Below are positions 49,870 to 57,384 of a stretch of DNA of 64,000 nt, piece by piece. The notes under the pieces are model-generated. The model saw only the letters and a program-made list of their open reading frames with translations. It ran no database searches and was not told the DNA's origin. The stretch is from contig CP051526.1 in assembly GCA_050916045.1 (NCBI GenBank), positions 608,001 to 672,000 of the forward strand. The letters are read 5' to 3'. How positions within the stretch are numbered: position 1 is the first letter of the stretch; every line of letters begins with the position of its first letter. Position numbers and translations under genes: made by a program. Source of the stretch: Tepidisphaera sp. Its GTDB lineage: Bacteria > Planctomycetota > Phycisphaerae > Phycisphaerales > UBA1924.

Positions 49870-50541
49870 ATGCTGGATGGCCGTCGAATAGACTCAACGA
49901 TGCTGTCGCACATCCTGCGAGATCGCGGCTTGGCGAATTGCCTCGCCGTGGCGAACCGCGAGTCTAAGCAAATCAGAGCTCGGTGGTGGCTACTCGCGGA
50001 CGCGGCGATTTCGTGCCTGATGGTGTTGGCTATCAGCTTGGCTAGCGTGTTCTTGTCAGACGACCGGATTGCGAAGATGTTTGTCGCCGTATCGGTGCCA
50101 CTCGCCATTGGTGCCATAGTGGCACGCTCTAGAGTTAAAAGCAGCGAGTGCGCTTCTGACGACCTCACGGTGGAGCTATCCACGAAAAGTCTGTACTTCG
50201 ATGCGGGGCGACAGATCTCTGCCTGCGTTGTTTTTCGCCCGTGGTTCTACTTCATGGACTTGTGTTTCTTGTTGCAGATCTTTGCGTTGGCAGTTTATCC
50301 CTTTCATTGGTCGGCAATTCTTATTCACGGCCTCGCCATAATTGTTGTGGTTGCATGCCTGATGGGCTGCTCGTTCATGATCGAGAAGCGGCTATCTGTT
50401 GCCCAAAGACGTTTTGCGAAGCGACTCTGTATTCTGTGTGGGTATGATGTGCAGATCGAGCAATCTGGCTTAATCACATGCTCTGAGTGCGGAAGACTCA
50501 CGCCGCTTCTGCGGGCAGATCCTGAAACTCCAAAACCATGA
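49870..50541 (+). CDS. Multi-TM protein with C-terminal zinc ribbon in an A/T-richer islet
   Basis: AGGAG RBS; about 4 TM helices; RRFAKRLCILCGYD..CSECG; atypical codon usage. Confidence 0.65.
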   Translation: MLDGRRIDSTMLSHILRDRGLANCLAVANRESKQIRARWWLLADAAISCLMVLAISLASVFLSDDRIAKMFVAVSVPLAIGAIVARSRVKSSECASDDLTVELSTKSLYFDAGRQISACVVFRPWFYFMDLCFLLQIFALAVYPFHWSAILIHGLAIIVVVACLMGCSFMIEKRLSVAQRRFAKRLCILCGYDVQIEQSGLITCSECGRLTPLLRADPETPKP

Positions 50542-50736
50542 GAGAGTACCTTTGCGCTTCGACTGCAGGGCAATCGGTGGCAACATCGACGGCTGCATAG
50601 GAAATGTCTGACGCAATCTCAGAGTTAAAATGGACAGTCCTGCTGCGTTGCTCGACGTGCACGTCTGGAACACGAACAGTTCAATGAGCGTCCGGCTCGC
50701 TCTAGTCAATGTCGCGAGTCTTCGCGCACGGGCCGA

Positions 50737-51552
50737 TCAGTGCGCCCGCTGCTTCTTCAGCCGCCGCGCGAGGTACCAGTCGCCCACCCCCGGAAGCATC
50801 GTCAGCACGCCCATCGCCAGGCGCGTGGGGAGATGGGTCCAGATCTCGCCCACCGGCTTGCGGAGCGAATCAAGCACGCGGGAAGCGACGAACTGCGGCG
50901 TCTGCTTCATCGAGTCCGGCGTCCGCACGGCCGTCCGCTTGCCCCCCGCACGCTCCGCCACCCGCGCGGAGAACTCCGTCGAGACGCCGATGGGGTGGAG
51001 CGTCGAGACGTGGATCCCCGAACCCTCGAGCTCAAGACGCAGGGCGCGGCCCACGTGGTCCTGCATCGCTTTGGTCGCCGAATACGCCGAATGAAACGGC
51101 AAGCCGACCTTGCTGACGCAGCTTGAACAGATCAGGATGTGCCCCGACCCCGTGGCCCGCATGGCTTTCAGAGCCGGGGTGATGGTGTGGAGCGTGCCGT
51201 AGAAGTTGGTGCGGATGATCGAGTCCCACTGCTCCATCGTGAGGTCCGCGACGGCCCCCTCGAGCCCGAAGCCGGCGTTGGCGAAGACCGAGTAGATCGA
51301 GCCGAACGCTTCGATGGTGCGGGCGGTGAGGCGTTCGCCATCCTCGGGCTTGTCGACATCGCAGGCGACGGCTTCGGCTCGGCCTCCGGCGGCGCGGATC
51401 TCATCGACGAGGGCCTGGAGGAGGTCGACGCGTCGTGCTCCGACGACGACGGGCATGCCGGCTTGGGCGCAGGCGAGCGCGGTGGCTCGGCCGATGCCGC
51501 TGCTGGCGCCGGTGATCGCGATGGGTTTGCCGCGGAGATCGATGGTGGGCAT
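50737..51552 (-). CDS. SDR family oxidoreductase
   Basis: TGASSGIG, ANAG, YSATK. Confidence 0.93.
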   Translation of the reverse strand: MPTIDLRGKPIAITGASSGIGRATALACAQAGMPVVVGARRVDLLQALVDEIRAAGGRAEAVACDVDKPEDGERLTARTIEAFGSIYSVFANAGFGLEGAVADLTMEQWDSIIRTNFYGTLHTITPALKAMRATGSGHILICSSCVSKVGLPFHSAYSATKAMQDHVGRALRLELEGSGIHVSTLHPIGVSTEFSARVAERAGGKRTAVRTPDSMKQTPQFVASRVLDSLRKPVGEIWTHLPTRLAMGVLTMLPGVGDWYLARRLKKQRAH

Positions 51553-51571
51553 CAGAGCGAGTGTACAGCGG

Positions 51572-53341
51572 TTAGCCGCCGGCGAGGCGGACGGCCCGGA
51601 GCGCGAGGAACATCGGGATCTCGCGGCGGGCGCGGTTCTCCTCGGCGGCGCGGGGGCCCGGCTGGCTGAGGCGGACGGAGGGCCACTCCTCCATCGCGTC
51701 CACCGCGAACCCGGCGTGGCCGAGCGCGTTGATGTACGCCTGGATTGGCCGGTGGTACGTCATCGTGACCACCGGTTCCTTGCCCGAAGCCGCCGCTCCC
51801 GGGTTCATCACGATCTCTTTGGAACCCGACGAGAGATACCCGTCCACGCGCCGGTACTGGCGCGGTGCGGGAGCGTCCTTGGACATCGGCGGCGGTGCTT
51901 TGCCGAGCTTGGCCGCCGCGGTCTTGGATGGGGGCGGGTTCTCCCAGCCCCAGGACGTCTGACCGGGAGCTCGGAAAGCGGGGTGAAGCAGTACGAGGAC
52001 GAACCTGCCGCCGGGCCTCACGACCTTGGCGACACCGGACATGACCGAGGAGATCGGCTCGATGTTCATGATCGCCATGACGCAGGCGGCGGAGTCGAAC
52101 GCTCCGATGTTGAGCGTCGCGAGGCGGCGGGCGTCGGCGGCGATGTAGGTTTCGGGCCCGAGCTGCGACGCCCGCTCGATGAGCTTGGGCGCGGCGTCGA
52201 CGCCGACGACCTCCGCTCCAGCGGCGGCCAAGCGGCGGCAGAGGATCCCCTGACCGCAGGCGACGTCGAGCACGCGATGACCCGGCGCGATCGAGAGAAG
52301 CCGCTGCGTCCCCGGAAGGATGATCTGCTCGTGGTGATCGCTGACGCGATCTTCGAGAAGCTCGTCATACCACGAAGCGACGTGGTTCCACGACGAAGCG
52401 ACCGATGCGGGGTCGGTGACGTTTGCCGGCCGCGCGGCGGGGGCCGGCTTGGCCGCGGGGGCGTTCGCCGCACCGGGGGCCGCCACGGGCGAGGCTGCGA
52501 CGGGCGAGGACGGCGCGGCGAGGTCGCCTTCGCGGATTCCGGCGGCTTTGAAAAAGACCGGCGGGATCGGGCTTTCGAACCGGACTTCGCGGCCGGAAGC
52601 GGGGTGGGTGAAGCCAAGTTCGATAGCGTGGAGGCAGAGGCGGTTGCCCGGATCGGCTTTGTGGTCGTATCGGCGGTCGCCGACGATGGGGAAGCCCAGG
52701 TGCGCGAGGTGAGCGCGGATCTGGTGCTTGCGGCCGGTTTCGAGCTTGACCTCGAGAATGGATCGTCTGGGCGAGCGGCCGATGACTCGGTAGTGGGTGA
52801 CGGCCGGCTTGGCGAGGCTGAGCTCTTCGTCGGACTCGTTGCGGCGGAGGTGGGCGGGGACGGCTCTTGGGGACTCGGCGGTGTGGACGGTGCCGCGGGT
52901 GTCTTCGTAAAGGAAGGATTCGACGGTCCCGACGGAGCGGTCGTGGGGGACGACTCCTTCGACCACGGCGGCGTAGAGGCGGTGGGTGCGGCGGGCTTGA
53001 AGCTCGGCTTTGAGCATCTCGTAGGCCCGCTCGGTCTTGGCGAAGACGAGAAGTCCGGACGCTTCTCGGTCGAGTCGGTGGATGATCCAGGTGCGGGTGC
53101 CGCGCTGGGCTCGCTGGGTCTTGACGTGGTCCTTGACGCGGGCGAAGACGCTGTCGTGCTCTTCGCCGGCGGGTGTGGCCGAGAGCAGGCCGGCGGGCTT
53201 GTCGACGACGAGGACGTCATCATCCTCGTGGACGATGCGGAGGCCCTTCTGGAGGAAGGTGGGTCGCGGGTCGCGTTTGGATTTGCCGGCGGAGTGGCTT
53301 GCCTGCTTGCCGGGCTTGGAGAATCGACGGGGTTCTTTCAT
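51572..53341 (-). CDS. RluA-family pseudouridine synthase fused to a class I SAM methyltransferase
   Basis: VVDKPAG, HRLDREASG, TGRKHQIR, GDRRY, LHA; Ala/Pro linker; VLDVACGQG. Confidence 0.85.
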   Translation of the reverse strand: MKEPRRFSKPGKQASHSAGKSKRDPRPTFLQKGLRIVHEDDDVLVVDKPAGLLSATPAGEEHDSVFARVKDHVKTQRAQRGTRTWIIHRLDREASGLLVFAKTERAYEMLKAELQARRTHRLYAAVVEGVVPHDRSVGTVESFLYEDTRGTVHTAESPRAVPAHLRRNESDEELSLAKPAVTHYRVIGRSPRRSILEVKLETGRKHQIRAHLAHLGFPIVGDRRYDHKADPGNRLCLHAIELGFTHPASGREVRFESPIPPVFFKAAGIREGDLAAPSSPVAASPVAAPGAANAPAAKPAPAARPANVTDPASVASSWNHVASWYDELLEDRVSDHHEQIILPGTQRLLSIAPGHRVLDVACGQGILCRRLAAAGAEVVGVDAAPKLIERASQLGPETYIAADARRLATLNIGAFDSAACVMAIMNIEPISSVMSGVAKVVRPGGRFVLVLLHPAFRAPGQTSWGWENPPPSKTAAAKLGKAPPPMSKDAPAPRQYRRVDGYLSSGSKEIVMNPGAAASGKEPVVTMTYHRPIQAYINALGHAGFAVDAMEEWPSVRLSQPGPRAAEENRARREIPMFLALRAVRLAGG

Positions 53342-53799
53342 CGTGCGGTCTCGATCGCGGCGCTGGACAAGCCTGGCGGTGCGGCGGTTGGTCGGGAGAG
53401 GGAGCGTGATCGTAGCGAAGCGGGGTCCGCCGCAGGCCGACCGAACGAAAGCCTTCTTGGCAGCGCGGGCGTTCGCGGGGCGGGACGAATCCGGAACCGG
53501 ACCGGTTCCGGCCGCGTATCGGGATTCTCGAAGATGTGGGCCCCAACAGAAGGGTGACGGCGAAGTGGTCCGTGGCCGCGAGAGCGGTTCGGCTCGGTCG
53601 GGGCGGCGCGACCGGAGGTTCTTTGGCGGCGCAGAGAGAGGGAGAATGTGATACCCTCCCCGCCCCTGAAAGAATCCTACTCTTCCGCGCCGCGCGAGCG
53701 GCCGAAGCGGGGTGACCGGAGGGGCTCGGATTGGTGAGGTTGGGCGAGATGAGTGTTGACGACCGGCCGGCAAAGCCGAGTTGAGGAGCAGGTGTCCGC

Positions 53800-55554
53800 A
53801 TGGCGCGATCACGCAAGAAGTTGGGCGAAATTCTCGTGGGTTGGGGCGTGATCACCGCCGACCAGGCCGAAAAAGCGACGCAGCAGGCGCAGAAGTCGGG
53901 CAAGCGGCTCGGCGATGCGCTCGTCGATTTGGGCTTTGCCAAGGACACCGACGTGGCCAAGGGGCTCGCGAACCAGTTCGGGATGGAGTACTTCGATCTC
54001 GACGTGTCGGGCGCGGCTTCCAAGATCAATCCCAAGCTCGTCCCGGACGACGTGATCAAGAAGTACCTCGTGCTTCCGATCTCCAAGAGCGGGAATCGCC
54101 TTCAGCTCGTCATCCACGATCCGCTGGACCTTGAGCTTCAGGACATGCTTCGGTTCCGGCTGAACGTCGACATCGACCCCAGAATCGCGGCCCGATCGCA
54201 GATCAAGCGTTTCGTGGACGGCGGCGGGGGCGGCGGCGCGGCAGCCCCGAAGATGGACAAGCCGCTGGCGCCTGGCCAGTCGCTGGTGACGGAATCCATC
54301 GACAAGACGATCGACCGCTCAGTCGACCGGTCGATGGACAAGTCGATCGACATCAGCTCGGACGAAGCCCCGATCGTCCGCCTCTGCAACCGAATCCTGA
54401 GCGAAGCCGTGAAGATGCGGGCGTCGGACGTGCACATCGAGCCGATGGCCGATCGCGTGCGTCTCCGGTACCGCATCGACGGCGTCTGCGTCGAACGCGA
54501 CAACCTGCCCAAGCGCATGCAGAACTCCATGCTCTCCCGCTTCAAGCTGATGAGCGGCATGAACATCGCGGAAAAGCGCGTGCCGCAGGACGGCCGCATC
54601 AAGCTGCTGGTGGACGAAGTCTTCATCGACTTCCGCGTGTCGGCCTGCCCCGCGTACCACGGCGAGAGCGTGGTGGCCCGTATTCTGCGACCCGACAGCG
54701 TGCGAATCGGCCTGGCGAACCTCGGTTTCGAGCCCGAAAACCTCGCGACGTTCAACAAGATCATCCGCAAGCCCAACGGCATCTTCCTCGTGACGGGGCC
54801 GACCGGTTCGGGCAAGACGACCACGCTCTACACCGCGCTGGACATCCTCAACCGCCCCGACAAGAAGATCATCACCGCCGAAGACCCCGTCGAATACCAG
54901 TTCGAAGGGATCAACCAGTGCCAGGTGAAGGAGCACATCGGCCTGTCGTTCTCGGCGATTCTCCGCTCGATGCTGCGTCAGGCTCCCAACATCATTCTGG
55001 TCGGTGAAATCCGAGACAAGGAAGTCGCGGAGATCGCGATTCAGGCCGCTCTGACCGGCCACCTGGTCTTCTCGACCCTCCACACCAACGACGCCCCCTC
55101 GGCGATGACGCGACTTGTGGACATGGGCGTCAAGCCGTTCCTGGTCGCAAGCTCGATCCAGGCCGTCCTCGCCCAGCGACTCATCCGAATCCTCTGCAAG
55201 GAGTGCAAGGGTGCGCTGGATGAGAACCCCGACCCCAAGTACCTCCGCCTCTGCGGCATCTCCGCGATGGAAGCAGAGGGCAAGGTGCTCAAGCCCGTCG
55301 GCTGCCCGGCGTGCAACAACACCGGCTACCGCGGCCGCCGAGCCATCTTCGAGATGATGGTGATGAACGGCGAACTGCGCGACCTGGCGTTCAAGCTGGC
55401 GCCGATCAGCGATCTCCGCAAAGCCGCCAAAGCCAACGGAATGCTCCCCCTCGTCAACGACGGAAAGATCAAGGTCCTCAAGGGGATGACGACCCCCGAC
55501 GAAGTGGCACGCAACACCCAGGTGGACCTCGATAACGAAGCCGTTTCCACCTGA
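53800..55554 (+). CDS. pilB: PilB/GspE-type assembly ATPase 1 with MshEN-like N-terminus
   Basis: GPTGSGKTT, EDPVEY, LVGEIRD, TGHLVFSTLHTN, CKEC/CPAC. Confidence 0.9.
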   Translation: MARSRKKLGEILVGWGVITADQAEKATQQAQKSGKRLGDALVDLGFAKDTDVAKGLANQFGMEYFDLDVSGAASKINPKLVPDDVIKKYLVLPISKSGNRLQLVIHDPLDLELQDMLRFRLNVDIDPRIAARSQIKRFVDGGGGGGAAAPKMDKPLAPGQSLVTESIDKTIDRSVDRSMDKSIDISSDEAPIVRLCNRILSEAVKMRASDVHIEPMADRVRLRYRIDGVCVERDNLPKRMQNSMLSRFKLMSGMNIAEKRVPQDGRIKLLVDEVFIDFRVSACPAYHGESVVARILRPDSVRIGLANLGFEPENLATFNKIIRKPNGIFLVTGPTGSGKTTTLYTALDILNRPDKKIITAEDPVEYQFEGINQCQVKEHIGLSFSAILRSMLRQAPNIILVGEIRDKEVAEIAIQAALTGHLVFSTLHTNDAPSAMTRLVDMGVKPFLVASSIQAVLAQRLIRILCKECKGALDENPDPKYLRLCGISAMEAEGKVLKPVGCPACNNTGYRGRRAIFEMMVMNGELRDLAFKLAPISDLRKAAKANGMLPLVNDGKIKVLKGMTTPDEVARNTQVDLDNEAVST

Positions 55555-55632
55555 TGTTCGCGATGTGGGCCGAAAGTGACCGGGCGAGCCGCGCGATGCA
55601 AGGCTTCCAAGCCCCCTGAAGGATGAGTTGAC

Positions 55633-56757
55633 ATGTCTTCGATGCAGATTGACCGCTTGCTCGACACCGTGGTGAAGCTCAGCGCCTCCGACTTGCACCT
55701 CACCGTGGGCCGGCCCCCGACCCTCCGCCTGCACAGCCACCTGCGCAACCTCCAGACCAAGGTCCTGGACAGCGACGACATGGTCTCGCTGATGAAAGCC
55801 ATCACCCCCGAACGCAACCAGCAGGAACTGCAGGAAAAGGGCGGCACCGACTTCGGCTTCGCCTACGGCGACGCGGCCCGCTTTCGCGTGTCGGTCTTCC
55901 GCCAGCGCGGCGACCTCGCCATGGTCCTCCGCCAGATTCCCAAGAAGCTCCTGACGTTCGAGCAGATCGGCCTCCCCGAAATCTGCCGCGACCTCATCCG
56001 CCGCCCCCGTGGTCTGTTCCTTGTTACCGGACCTACCGGTTCGGGTAAGACGACCTCGCTGGCCACGATGGTGGATTACGTCAACACGAACATGGATCGG
56101 CACATCGTCACGATGGAAGACCCGATCGAGTACTACCACTACCACAAGAAGTCGATCGTGAACCAGCGAGCGATCCACGACGACGTGCCGAGCTTCGCCG
56201 AAGCTCTCCGCCGCGTGCTTCGTTCGGACCCGGACGTGATCCTGGTCGGCGAAATGCGAGACCTGGAAACGATCGAAGCAGCCATCCGAGCCGCCGAAAC
56301 GGGCCACTTGGTGTTCGGCACCCTGCACACCACCGGTGCGGCCAAGACCATCGACCGTATCGTCGACGCCTTCCCCGTCAGCCAGCAGAACCAGATCCGG
56401 GTGCAGCTCTCGACGGCCCTCATCTGCGTGCTGAGCCAGGTGCTCCTCGCCCGCGTCGATACCGCGGGAATGGTGGCCGGGTACGAGTTCCTCGTGGTGA
56501 CCCCCGCCATCGCCAACCTCATCCGCGAAGGCAAGACCTTCCGAATCGACTCGGCCATTCAGACCGGCAAAAAGTTCGGCATGCAGCTCCTCGACGACCA
56601 CCTCTGGTCGCTCTACTCCGCCGGCAAGATCGCGGCAGAGGAGATGATCGACAAGAGCAAAAATCCAGCCGAGCTGACGGATCGCATCCATCGTCTGGGT
56701 CGGACCGTGGGCCGTCAGGAATGGGACGAAGACATCGATCTGGCGAAGGAGTCGTGA
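55633..56757 (+). CDS. pilT: Type IV pilus retraction ATPase
   Basis: ASDLHL, GPTGSGKTTSL, EDPIEY, GEMRD, TGHLVFGTLH, AIANLIRE, GMQLLD. Confidence 0.93.
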   Translation: MSSMQIDRLLDTVVKLSASDLHLTVGRPPTLRLHSHLRNLQTKVLDSDDMVSLMKAITPERNQQELQEKGGTDFGFAYGDAARFRVSVFRQRGDLAMVLRQIPKKLLTFEQIGLPEICRDLIRRPRGLFLVTGPTGSGKTTSLATMVDYVNTNMDRHIVTMEDPIEYYHYHKKSIVNQRAIHDDVPSFAEALRRVLRSDPDVILVGEMRDLETIEAAIRAAETGHLVFGTLHTTGAAKTIDRIVDAFPVSQQNQIRVQLSTALICVLSQVLLARVDTAGMVAGYEFLVVTPAIANLIREGKTFRIDSAIQTGKKFGMQLLDDHLWSLYSAGKIAAEEMIDKSKNPAELTDRIHRLGRTVGRQEWDEDIDLAKES

Positions 56758-56971
56758 TCAGAGGCCCTTCAGCGGGCCTCGGTTGGCTTCCAAATCGTCA
56801 AAAATCCAGATGTCGTGTCCAAAATCGTTGAATAAACTCAATCCTCAGCGCCAACCGATCGGCTAAGCTCTCCGAAAGGGAGTGTGGCGTCGGTTGGTTT
56901 CGCGGCGCCATCTCGATCCGGAGGGGTCCGTCGTCGAGATTCGGTGATCCCGGTTTGGCCGGGAGTTGGAC

Positions 56972-57298
56972 GGGGTGGGATGGGGTGGGGCGGCCGCTTT
57001 GAGGGTGATGGTGTGGGGGACTTGGGTACGGGGTTTGCGGGTGGGGGAACGGTGGCGGGTTGGAGCGGGGGTTGGTGGTGGGGACCCGGCGTCGCGGGGA
57101 CGTCGGGTTGGATCGGGGATGGGTGGCAGGAGAGCAGGGGGACTTGGTTGGGGGACTTGGTCGGGGGAGTTGTGTGGGGGTCTGGGTGGGGGGCTTGGGT
57201 GGGGGACCTGGGCGGCGATTGTGCCGGGCGGGTAGTCTGGTTCGGGTTCTGGGGAACGGGGCGGTGGGGGAGTGGAAGGGTGGGTTTGGCGGCGGGGG
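56972..57298 (+). other. G/T-rich low-complexity intergenic tract with G-quadruplex potential
   Basis: Dense GGG-GGGGGG runs with short loops; recurring GGGGGACTTGG unit; few A or C bases. Confidence 0.75.
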
Positions 57299-57384
57299 TC
57301 GAGGATTGGTTTGGCGCTGACTCGAAACCGAGCTGATCGGCTGAGCTGATTGGAAGACCTGACGAAGCGGACCCGGAGACGAAC

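Noticed and set aside
49220..49897. 225-aa minus-strand ORF containing GGWHRSxDESE twice
   Set aside because: The peptide repeat is just the translated DNA repeat; the plus-strand membrane ORFs with RBS explain the region better.
49150..50736. Prophage or integrative element at the tRNA
   Set aside because: No integrase, no phage genes and no duplicated tRNA 3' end (att site) found at the far border.
56861..56897. c-di-GMP-I riboswitch upstream of pilB2
   Set aside because: A GAAA tetraloop hairpin is present, but the conserved GGCAAA and GACGCAAA segments and the second stem are not.
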